This document shows, in pieces, positions 19,634-28,384 of a DNA stretch of 64,000 nt. The stretch lies in assembly GCA_947460385.1 (NCBI GenBank), contig CANHGT010000001.1:176-64175 (forward strand), read 5' to 3'. A model generated the notes under the pieces. The model saw nothing but the letters and a program-made list of their open reading frames with translations. It was not told the DNA's origin and searched no databases. How positions within the stretch are numbered: the stretch's first letter is position 1; each line of letters begins with the position of its first letter. Origin of the DNA: Alphaproteobacteria bacterium (lineage in GTDB: Bacteria; Pseudomonadota; Alphaproteobacteria; WRAU01; Hepatincolaceae). A program made the position numbers and the translations under genes.

Positions 19634-19876
19634 CTTTAACACTAAAGCCCCCACCCCTCTCAATTTTGTTATTTTATGTTTTTTATTGTAGATGCCTGTA
19701 GTATGTAAAGTCATGAAGATGTTGCATTTGCAAGCATTTATCCACAAATTCATTTACATTTTCATCAAAACATAGTAGAATAATTTTCAGTCAACAGTCT
19801 TAATGATTGATGTACGGTAGATTTTTGCATCTGTTAGATTAGTAATATAAAAATTTATAAAGGATTTATAATAATT

Positions 19877-21991
19877 ATGGAAGTTTATAAAAAATATCTA
19901 GTAGAGTTTATTAGTGCCAGTGGAATTACCTTAAAAATACCTGTATATCAAAGAAATTATGCTTGGAGTGATGAAAATTGTAAAAAACTTTGGGCAGACC
20001 TTATAAATTTAATTAGTTTAAGAAAAAATAGTGCTAAAGATAAACTTAATGATGCCTATCATTTCTTAGGTACATTAGTGGCAGTTGAAGAAAGAGAAGA
20101 AAGTACAGGTAATACAAAATATACCATAATAGATGGGCAACAACGTTTAACTACTATATCTTTATTGTTACTTGCAATGCTTAATTTATATAAAGAAAAT
20201 AATAGCCTATTAAGTAACTCTGATAATGCAGACAAGCTAGAAAATGAATATCTTAAAAATAGACATGGTGGAGAGGATACTAAAATTAAGTTGAAAACTG
20301 TTAAAAACGATAGATATGTATATGAGAAACTCTTTGAAAATAATGAAGACCTTGTAGCAAATAAAGATGCTAAACTATATCATAACTATCTCTTTTTTAA
20401 AACAAGATTACACAAATTTACTAACTCCCAAAATTATGTCAACTTTGACCCAATTCTTGATGCTATAAAAAATTTACGCATTATTTTAATAACTCTTAAT
20501 ACAGGGGAAAAACCTCAAGAAATATTTGAAAGTATTAATAGTACAGGCTTAGCATTAGAACCGTCTGATTTAATTAGAAATTATTTACTTATGAATTTAA
20601 AGAGTGCAGATCAAGAAAATATTTATAACAAATATTGGCAAATAATAGAAAATAATACGGAAATAAAAACAGAATCTCTTACCAATGAATTTATTAGAGA
20701 TTATCTTTGCTGTATAAAATCTACAACTATCAAATATGATGATGTTTTATCTACCTTTAAAGAGTATATAAGTAATAACACACATGAAAAATTAGAAAAA
20801 TTAACCACCTACTCTGGTTATTATAAAACATTATTAGAGCCACAATATCCTAACAAAATTATTAATCACTTGCTGAGTATTGTAACATATATAATTCCTA
20901 CCAGAGTTCTTTTACTTGAGGTAATTGCCGATTATGAAACAAATAAAATATATATTAAAAATGAAGCAGACTTAATAAGTATTTTAAAAATATTCGCTTC
21001 TTTAATATTAAGAAATAATCTTATTAAAAAATCTAACACTGGGTTTAATAGTAAAATTGCTCCACTACATAAAAAAATTGTAGAGTATATTGAACAAGGT
21101 AATAAATTTTCGTACTCTGAAATATTAGGAGAGCTATTAAGAGGTGATTTTGCAACTGATGAAATACTAAAACCTATACTTCCAACCTTAGCATTGTATA
21201 GCAACCACTCCTATAAAGATAGATACATATTGCAAATATTAGAGCATAAATATCAAAATAATAAAGCAATGTCTTTTGATAATATATCAATAGAACATAT
21301 TATGCCCCAAAATCCTAAAAATTGGCAACATATTAATAAAGATGACCATAAACAATATTTACACACACTTGGTAATTTAACTATAACCAATATTAATAGC
21401 AAAGCAGGTAGTAAATCTTTTGTAGATAAAAAAGAAATTTATAAAAGTGAAAGTGATATTTATAAAAATTTGTATAAAGATATTATGGATAAAGAGCAGT
21501 GGAATATTGATACTATTAAAGCAAGAAGTCATAGATTAACTGAAGAAATATTAGAGATTTTGCCTCTACCTAGAAAGATTAATCTTGAGGTAAAAAATAC
21601 AAGTAACACTTTAGATAAAATAAATGATTTAAACTATACTAAGATATTGGCTTTTACAATTTTTAATCATAAAGAAAATACAGAAACAGCAAAGGATTTT
21701 TTTCATAAGTTAGTATCATGGCTATGCAAGCAAGATGAATATAAAAATTTATTAATTCCTGATAGATTTAGGTGGTTATCATCTACAAAAATAAATGCTG
21801 ATTATAGAAAAATTGCTGGTAGTAGTTATTATGTGAATACTCACGCTAGTAGTAATAGGAAATTAGAATTAATTAAAAAGATGTTTGAAGAGTTAGAGAT
21901 TCCTTTACATGAATTATCAATAACTACCAAAGATACTACTGAAAGTGATGATGTTGATGACGAAGAAGACGATAATGAATATGAAGATTAA
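19877..21991 (+). CDS. DUF262/DUF1524 nuclease (GmrSD-like type IV restriction/defence family) with extra C-terminal domain and acidic tail
   Basis: N-terminal DUF262 motifs IPVYQRNYAW, IIDGQQRLTT and FESINSTGLALEPSDLIRNY. C-terminal His-Me/DUF1524 motif SIEHIMPQN...LHTLGNLTITN..NSKAGSKSF. Ends in ESDDVDDEEDDNEYED. Confidence 0.85.
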   Translation: MEVYKKYLVEFISASGITLKIPVYQRNYAWSDENCKKLWADLINLISLRKNSAKDKLNDAYHFLGTLVAVEEREESTGNTKYTIIDGQQRLTTISLLLLAMLNLYKENNSLLSNSDNADKLENEYLKNRHGGEDTKIKLKTVKNDRYVYEKLFENNEDLVANKDAKLYHNYLFFKTRLHKFTNSQNYVNFDPILDAIKNLRIILITLNTGEKPQEIFESINSTGLALEPSDLIRNYLLMNLKSADQENIYNKYWQIIENNTEIKTESLTNEFIRDYLCCIKSTTIKYDDVLSTFKEYISNNTHEKLEKLTTYSGYYKTLLEPQYPNKIINHLLSIVTYIIPTRVLLLEVIADYETNKIYIKNEADLISILKIFASLILRNNLIKKSNTGFNSKIAPLHKKIVEYIEQGNKFSYSEILGELLRGDFATDEILKPILPTLALYSNHSYKDRYILQILEHKYQNNKAMSFDNISIEHIMPQNPKNWQHINKDDHKQYLHTLGNLTITNINSKAGSKSFVDKKEIYKSESDIYKNLYKDIMDKEQWNIDTIKARSHRLTEEILEILPLPRKINLEVKNTSNTLDKINDLNYTKILAFTIFNHKENTETAKDFFHKLVSWLCKQDEYKNLLIPDRFRWLSSTKINADYRKIAGSSYYVNTHASSNRKLELIKKMFEELEIPLHELSITTKDTTESDDVDDEEDDNEYED

Positions 21992-22276
21992 TTTTTGCAT
22001 TTTTATTGTTAGATAATTGGTTTTTACATATAGCCTAAATACATAGTTCCTAGCCCCACTAACCGAACATAAATCCTTTTTTATTGTGGTTAGTTGGAGT
22101 TAGGGAAGTTTAATTATATCTAACCAATAATAAACACCTCACCACCCCATCTTGTTTTTGCTAAGCCAACCATAACTCCCTATGCCTTGCCAATGAAAAA
22201 ATTCATCTTACAATACAACCAAAAGTTTTGTTATATCTATTTTTACTCCGTACAATAATAATTACTAATACAATAT

Positions 22277-22308
22277 AAAATAGGATATAAAAACTTATAC
22301 CCTATTTT
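22277..22308. terminator. Hairpin between the convergent nuclease and cyclophilin A-copy genes (candidate bidirectional terminator)
   Basis: AAAATAGGATATAA / TTATACCCTATTTT inverted repeat with one mismatch and a 4-nt loop, flanked by A/T runs. Confidence 0.5.
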
Positions 22309-22339
22309 AATTTTGTAAATATAAAAATTTATTTAATGG

Positions 22340-22963
22340 CTATGATGCTGATGTAGCACCTTGATTATACTCACCACAGTTTACAATAGAAATTGTTGCT
22401 GTTGGTTTACCGTCTTTAGCGCCATAAGCTTCAATTTTAGTTACAATGTCCATTCCGCTAATTACTTCACCAAAAACTACATGCTTACCATCTAACCAAT
22501 CAGTTACAGCTGTTGTAATAAAAAATTGAGAACCATTGGTGTTAGGACCAGCATTTGCCATAGATAATAAACCCGCTTTGGTGTGTTTTACTTTAAAGTT
22601 TTCATCTGCAAACTTGTTACCATAAATAGATTTACCACCTTTTCCATTGCCCTGCATGAAGTCTCCACCTTGAAGCATAAATGATGGAATAATTCTATGA
22701 AAAATTGAACCTTTATAGCCAAATCCTTTTTCACCTGTAGCCAATGCTCTAAAATTTTCAGCTGTTTTAGGAACAATATCTGAATATAATTCTATTACAA
22801 TTTTACCCGCAGGTTGACCATTAATTGCCACATCTAAAAAAACTTGAGGTCTTTTATTTGATGAGTTTACCTCTGCAGATTGTAAACTGCTAGTTAAAAA
22901 TAGCCCTGTTAACAATATAAAACAAACAGTCAATAGTGAACTTATTAAAGATAGTTTTTTCAT
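22340..22963 (-). CDS. Cyclophilin-type peptidyl-prolyl isomerase with N-terminal signal peptide (copy A)
   Basis: Core [39 protein letters not shown]...GGKSIYG...[19 protein letters not shown]...[11 protein letters not shown]-terminus [31 protein letters not shown]. Confidence 0.9.
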   Translation of the reverse strand: MKKLSLISSLLTVCFILLTGLFLTSSLQSAEVNSSNKRPQVFLDVAINGQPAGKIVIELYSDIVPKTAENFRALATGEKGFGYKGSIFHRIIPSFMLQGGDFMQGNGKGGKSIYGNKFADENFKVKHTKAGLLSMANAGPNTNGSQFFITTAVTDWLDGKHVVFGEVISGMDIVTKIEAYGAKDGKPTATISIVNCGEYNQGATSAS

Positions 22964-23194
22964 AATTATTACCTTATGTTATAAATGTTAATATAAAAGA
23001 TAATATTATATTTTCACCTATCATATTACAACATTATTACAAATTATTGCTACTTAATATCACATTTAAAACACAGTAATGCAAAACAAAAAAAAATACA
23101 ACAAAGCAACCTAATCTTTTCTGCCTAATGGTTTATATTATCAAATTTATAATAAACAATCACAATATTTGCTAAAGTTATATAACAATGTCAT

Positions 23195-23609
23195 GATTTT
23201 TCTTACTAGAAATCTACACACTACACCTTTTGAAATTGCTATAAATTTAACATATTCAAAGATATTAGTTTTTACAATTTTTAATAACAGTTCACAAACA
23301 AACTTAGGGCATGTAAGCTATTTTTCTCATAACTTAGTATCATGTTTTTACAAACAAGATGAGTATAAAGATTTATTAACTGATGATAGATTTAAGTGAT
23401 TATCTATAAATAAAATAAAGGCAATTGATAAAAAAATTGAGGGTAGTAGTTATTATTTGGATACCGACTATAAAACTAATGAAAAATTAAAATTCATTAA
23501 ACAGATGTTTAAAGAGTTAGAGATTCCTTTACATGAATTATAAATTACTACCCAAGATAGTACGGTAGATGATTTTGATGAAGAAGACGTTAATGAAAAT
23601 GAAGAGTAA
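23195..23609 (+). pseudogene. Decayed duplicate of the 3-prime end (C-terminal domain) of the DUF262/DUF1524 gene
   Basis: Aligns codon-for-codon with about 21565-21991 (KILVFTIFN..., KQDEYKDLL..DRF, GSSYY, FKELEIPLHEL, acidic end). It carries in-frame TGA at 23397-23399 (TGG in the intact copy) and TAA at 23541-23543 (TCA in the intact copy). It has no N-terminal nuclease domains. The left boundary is approximate. Confidence 0.8.
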
Positions 23610-24110
23610 TTTTTGCATGATTATTATGAGATAATGGGTTTTTACATATAGCCTAAGTAAATCGTTCCGCCCTACTACACTCATATTAACCATTTTTGAT
23701 TTTGCTTAGTTGGGATAGATAAGCATAATTATTTATAATTTTCCAATTACTTACCACCTAATTTTGCTAAACACTCATACCCTAATAATCTACTAAGAAA
23801 AAAATTAACGCCCTAATACAACCAAAAGTTTTATTGTTCTATTTGCAATACTTATATATCAGTTATATTGTATCAATTTTTACTAATAAATTGAACCATA
23901 CTTGAAATTATATATTCGCAACAAAGAAATGAGAATTACATTAAGTGAAATACTAAATTGCTTAGCAATGAAACTGTCTAGCTAGCTAACTTATTTTACA
24001 GTAATAAAGCTTGTAGATAAGAAGGTTGTAACAATATAACGTAATAGCCTTGTTGAAATTATATTTGGTGTGAACTGTAATAATACCACTTATAACTGTG
24101 CATACAATAT

Positions 24111-24142
24111 AAAATAGGATATAAAAAATTATATCCTATTTT
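24111..24142. terminator. Hairpin downstream of cyclophilin copy B (paralogous to 22277-22308)
   Basis: Perfect 14-bp inverted repeat AAAATAGGATATAA (24111-24124) / TTATATCCTATTTT (24129-24142) with a 4-nt loop. Confidence 0.55.
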
Positions 24143-24168
24143 AATTTTGTAAATATAAATATGAAAAT

Positions 24169-25011
24169 TTATTTAACTGGAGTAGCTGTACCTTGTTCTA
24201 CAGGAACTTCTGTAGGAGTTGCTTCAGCTGTTTCACTTACAGTGCTTTCTGTTGTTGAGGTTGCTGAAGTAGAACTTGCATTTTCATCTACAGGTTTATT
24301 AGCAGAATCTTTAGTTGATGTGGCAGTTGAACCTTTATTTGAATCTGTTTTAGAATCCTTATCGGAAGTTTTATCATACTCACCAGCGTTTACAATAGAA
24401 ATTACTGCTTTTGGTTTGCCATCTTGAGAACCATAAGATTCAATTTTAGTTACAACGTCCATTCCACTAAGTACTTCACCAAAAACTACGTGCTTATCGT
24501 CTAACCAATCAGTTAAAACAGTTGTAATAAAAAATTGAGAACCATTGGTGTTAGGACCAGCATTTGCCATAGACAATAAGCCCACTTTGGTGTGTTTTAT
24601 TTTAAAGTTTTCATCTTCAAACTGTGGACCATAAATAGATTTACCACCTGTTCCATCACCTTTTTCTATGTCGCCACCTTGAATCATAAAGCCTGGAATA
24701 ACTCTATGAAAAATTGAACCTTTATAACCGAATCCTTTTTCACCTGTAGCTAAAGCTCTAAAATTTTCAGCGGTTTTAGGAACACTGTCTGAATATAATT
24801 CTATTACAATTTTACCAGCAGGCTTGCCATCAATTGCAACATCTAAAAAAACTTGAGGTCTTTTACTTGATGATATGACAGGTTGTGTGCCAACTGTATT
24901 ATCACTTGCAGGTACAGGCTCTGCAGATTGCAAAGTTCTAGTTAAAAATACCCCTGTTACTATTATAAAAAAAACAGTAAATATAGAGGTTGTTAAAGAT
25001 ACGCTTTTCAT
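24169..25011 (-). CDS. Cyclophilin-type peptidyl-prolyl isomerase with signal peptide and Ser/Thr-rich C-terminal tail (copy B)
   Basis: Same core as copy A ([33 protein letters not shown]..., [18 protein letters not shown]). N-terminus [31 protein letters not shown]. The 68-aa tail begins DKTSDKDSK and ends [16 protein letters not shown]. Confidence 0.9.
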   Translation of the reverse strand: MKSVSLTTSIFTVFFIIVTGVFLTRTLQSAEPVPASDNTVGTQPVISSSKRPQVFLDVAIDGKPAGKIVIELYSDSVPKTAENFRALATGEKGFGYKGSIFHRVIPGFMIQGGDIEKGDGTGGKSIYGPQFEDENFKIKHTKVGLLSMANAGPNTNGSQFFITTVLTDWLDDKHVVFGEVLSGMDVVTKIESYGSQDGKPKAVISIVNAGEYDKTSDKDSKTDSNKGSTATSTKDSANKPVDENASSTSATSTTESTVSETAEATPTEVPVEQGTATPVK

Positions 25012-25057
25012 AATTATTACCTTATATTAATAAATTCTCATATAATATTATTATAAT

Positions 25058-25098
25058 TATTATACTTATTATACTATTATACTATTATACTATTATAG
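25058..25098. repeat. Short tandem repeat (TATTATAC)x5, slightly imperfect, upstream of cyclophilin copy B
   Basis: Read directly: units at 25058-25065, 25067-25074, 25075-25082, 25083-25090 and 25091-25098 (the last ends in G). Absent from the paralogous upstream region of copy A. Confidence 0.7.
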
Positions 25099-25201
25099 TA
25101 CAATATATTTTTAGTTTTCATATTACAACATTCTTATAGAATATTGGAATTTTATATTAACAATTGATTCCTGCATCTTTAAGCTGTTACAATTGTTATT
25201 A

Positions 25202-25837
25202 CTATAAATTTGCAAACTGCACATTTTTAATTTTCTGAGTATTAAAAATAGACTGGTTTTTAACTCCATTTACACTAAAGGTAGGCTCTAATAAAAAGAC
25301 CTCTGTAACTATACCTTTAGCATCTACCACATTCCATTTAATAATTTCAGCTTTTTCTGAGGTTAAATATAGGGTTAAACTACCTATTTCTGGATTATTC
25401 TTGCTTACCATGGTAATTTCCACATGGGTAGAATAAGATACATAATTCATAATTTTAATGTGTGCATTTAGAAAAGATGTTTTATCTTCAAGCAAATAAG
25501 CGAATGGTGAACTATGTATTGGTAAAAAAGTTTTTTGTTTTAAGCTAGTGTCTTGATATAATAAAGCTCCTTTGTTCGCAATAAATCTTACAGGAATATT
25601 GCTATATTCAATTCTTGCTTTACCTGGCTTTGATATTATAAACCAACCTTCGCCCCTGTTACCTAAATTATCTTTTTGGATAAACTTAGCCTTAATGGTA
25701 TTATATTTTTCATATAAACCATCAATTATTTTAATTTCATTTATCATTTTTTCAGTTAAGATGAAGTCTTTCGCATGCAAGGTAAAACTAACACATAGCA
25801 ACAATAAAATAACAATTAATTTCTTCATAATATCCAC
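25202..25837 (-). CDS. lolA: Outer-membrane lipoprotein carrier protein LolA
   Basis: Signal peptide, then a LolA-like IKAKFIQ...G..W segment. Conserved ftsK-lolA synteny. 211 aa. Confidence 0.8.
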   Translation of the reverse strand: MDIMKKLIVILLLLCVSFTLHAKDFILTEKMINEIKIIDGLYEKYNTIKAKFIQKDNLGNRGEGWFIISKPGKARIEYSNIPVRFIANKGALLYQDTSLKQKTFLPIHSSPFAYLLEDKTSFLNAHIKIMNYVSYSTHVEITMVSKNNPEIGSLTLYLTSEKAEIIKWNVVDAKGIVTEVFLLEPTFSVNGVKNQSIFNTQKIKNVQFANL

Positions 25838-25843
25838 CTTTTT

Positions 25844-28264
25844 TTATAATAAAATTTCTCTTTTTCCTGTAGCTGTTGCCTTAGATACAACTCCCCTGTA
25901 CTCTAATTGCTCTACAATCTTTGCTGCCCTATTATAACCTATATTAAATCTGCGTTGAATAAAGCTAGTAGATACCTTGCCCTCTTGTTGTATCATATCT
26001 ATCACTGCGTCATATAGTTCATCTTTTTCAGACATTTCATCTACATTATCATCTAACAATCCAAAATTAGTAATACTATCTACATAACTAGGTTCACCTA
26101 AGCTTTTTAAATAATCAACAATTTTACCCACTTCATCATCATTAATAAAAGGTCCATGAATTCTTTGTATTCTGCCAACGCCAGACATATAAAGCATATC
26201 ACCCCTGCCTAACAACTGTTCTGCTCCTTGTTCTCCTAAAATGGTGCGAGAATCAATTTTAGAGCTCACTTGAAAACTCATGCGGGTTGGGAAGTTCGCT
26301 TTAATTGTGCCTGTAATTACATCTACTGAAGGTCTTTGGGTTGCCATTACCAAGTGAATTCCCGATGCCCTTGCCATCTGTGCTAACCTTTGTACTGCTA
26401 CTTCAACCTCTTTGCCTGCTACTATCATTAAATCTGCCATTTCATCAATCACTACTACAATATATGGCATGTGTTTAAATTCAATCGGTATGCCTTGATT
26501 CACTAACAATTTCTCTTGTATTATGCGTAAATTCTCGGTATTAGAAATTTTTTCATTAAATCCAATAATATTTCTTACCCCTAAAAGCGACATTTGGTAA
26601 TATCTATACTCCATTTCTTTCACTACCCATTTTAATGCTCCAACCGCTTGTTTTGGGTCTGTTACAACGGGAGTTAACAGATGTGGGATATCTTGGTAAA
26701 TAGATAGCTCTAACATTTTTGGGTCTACCATAATAAGTTTGCACTGATCTGGTGATAGTTTATAAAGCAAAGATAAAATCATACCATTGATTCCAACAGA
26801 TTTTCCTGAACCTGTTGTTCCTGCAATTAACACATGGGGCATGGTTGATAAATCTTGTACTACTGTTCTTCCATTAATATCACAGCCTAAACCTAAGGGT
26901 AATTTTGCAGTGCTGTTTTGAAATTCATCACTTTGTATAATATCTTTAAAATAAACTGTTTGCCTGTGTTTATTTGGTATTTCAATGCCGATTACTTCTT
27001 TGCCCGGAACAATGGCAATACGTACTGAAACCGCTCCCATTCTTAATGCAATATCTGTTTCTAAAGAAATAACTTTAGAACTTTTAACTCCTGCAGGAAT
27101 AGTAATTTCATACAGTGTTACTACTGGTCCACTTTCAATGTTTACAATGGTACAATCTATATTAAATTCACTAATAATTTGTGCTAACTTGGTGGCTACT
27201 TCTTTAATTTCCTGAGGAGACATTTGATTATTTTTTTTGTTATCAGAACTTTGTAAGAAAGATAAAGGAACATTATAATTCAAAGAAGCAGTATTATTGT
27301 CTAATGCTAGTTCTTGTGGAGAATATGGCTCTATTTTTATACTGGATTCTTCTAACATTGTAGGTTTTAAATTGGCAAGATTGTTTTTTTCTTCTTCTAC
27401 CTCTGCAATTTTGATATTGATATCATCTTCATTGGAATGAGCATGTGAATTGGGATTAGAATCTGAATCTGCAAGACTTTCTAACTGTACTTCTAAGTTA
27501 TCTTGCTGGGGTAATTTGGTATTGTTTGTTTCTACTAAATTATCAAAATTAAAAATTTTATGCTCTTTAATATGCTGGGTCAGTGAATTATCTTGCTGTG
27601 GCATATTAATACTGGTGTTTGCCATTACTTCTTTTTGCTTAGATAAAATATAGTCTATATCAGGGGTAGCCTGCATTTTAGATGCATGTACTTTATCTGA
27701 AATTGGTGCTTTTTTGTTTACCTTGTTACTATAATAATCCATAATTAAACTACATAAATACTGGCTCTTCCCAATTATTTTCCTAAGCAAAGATGTACTT
27801 ATATTTTTATAAAAATGTAAGTGAATAGAGAGGACACTAAAGAATATTGCTATATTAATCAGCAACCCACAAAACACAAAATAAGATGGAAACATTAAAG
27901 TTTCTGCTAAAAATTTACCAATTATTCCGCCATCATATATTCCTAAAAAATAATATAATAAATATGGGGTACTAATTAATAGGTATAACAATCCCATTAT
28001 TTTAAACAATGCAAATTTAATTTTAAGTCCAACAAACAAGAGATAACTCCATACAATGAACACAATAATTATGATATAAATTGCATAACTAAAAGTTTGT
28101 AGTAAAAAATCTGCTACTACATTTCTTAGGTAATAAATTTGAGTTATTTTGCCATACATCTGGGTAGAATTCAAAGACAGTTCAAGTTCACTATAGGTAA
28201 TTAACATTACCCATAAAGTTAAAGATATTAGCATAATAATGGCAGATATTATTTTATACAGCAT
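25844..28264 (-). CDS. ftsK: DNA translocase FtsK
   Basis: N-terminal TM helices, low-complexity linker, motor domain with Walker A GTTGSGKSV and Walker B VVVIDEMADL. C-terminal gamma winged helix STSFIQRRFNIGYNRAAKIVEQLE. Confidence 0.95.
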   Translation of the reverse strand: MLYKIISAIIMLISLTLWVMLITYSELELSLNSTQMYGKITQIYYLRNVVADFLLQTFSYAIYIIIIVFIVWSYLLFVGLKIKFALFKIMGLLYLLISTPYLLYYFLGIYDGGIIGKFLAETLMFPSYFVFCGLLINIAIFFSVLSIHLHFYKNISTSLLRKIIGKSQYLCSLIMDYYSNKVNKKAPISDKVHASKMQATPDIDYILSKQKEVMANTSINMPQQDNSLTQHIKEHKIFNFDNLVETNNTKLPQQDNLEVQLESLADSDSNPNSHAHSNEDDINIKIAEVEEEKNNLANLKPTMLEESSIKIEPYSPQELALDNNTASLNYNVPLSFLQSSDNKKNNQMSPQEIKEVATKLAQIISEFNIDCTIVNIESGPVVTLYEITIPAGVKSSKVISLETDIALRMGAVSVRIAIVPGKEVIGIEIPNKHRQTVYFKDIIQSDEFQNSTAKLPLGLGCDINGRTVVQDLSTMPHVLIAGTTGSGKSVGINGMILSLLYKLSPDQCKLIMVDPKMLELSIYQDIPHLLTPVVTDPKQAVGALKWVVKEMEYRYYQMSLLGVRNIIGFNEKISNTENLRIIQEKLLVNQGIPIEFKHMPYIVVVIDEMADLMIVAGKEVEVAVQRLAQMARASGIHLVMATQRPSVDVITGTIKANFPTRMSFQVSSKIDSRTILGEQGAEQLLGRGDMLYMSGVGRIQRIHGPFINDDEVGKIVDYLKSLGEPSYVDSITNFGLLDDNVDEMSEKDELYDAVIDMIQQEGKVSTSFIQRRFNIGYNRAAKIVEQLEYRGVVSKATATGKREILL

Positions 28265-28384
28265 AAACTTTCAATATAATTGACCCAATAATTTTTATAA
28301 ATTATTTTACTAAAAAATAATAAAAAAAGTATTAACTTTTAATTTTATGATATAATAACCATAACATCAACAAGGAGATTAGTT

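Noticed and set aside
22588-22776. 62-aa alternative-frame ORF inside cyclophilin copy A
   Set aside because: It is on the same strand as, and nested out of frame in, a highly conserved cyclophilin core. There is no support for it.
23169-23399. 76-aa ORF that could be read as a small gene
   Set aside because: Its sequence is the decayed duplicate of the nuclease C-terminal domain and ends at a TGG-to-TGA nonsense change. It is treated as part of a pseudogene rather than a functional CDS.
23840-24105. Possible relationship between the extra roughly 0.2 kb in the copy-B spacer and the repeat at the window start
   Set aside because: The shared words are TTGCAA..TATATA, CTAGCT..AGCTA..AACTT and ATAACT(T)GTGCA. 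These are only short AT-rich words in the same order with very different spacing. By eye this is not distinguishable from chance.
24161-24427. 88-aa plus-strand ORF rich in Val/Ser/Glu
   Set aside because: It is the antisense reading of the Ser/Thr-rich tail of cyclophilin copy B, an artefact of low-complexity sequence.
19568-25098. CRISPR array interpretation of the short repeats (11-nt units at 19568-19633, 8-nt units at 25058-25098)
   Set aside because: The units are contiguous with no spacers, are far shorter than CRISPR repeats, and no cas genes are present.
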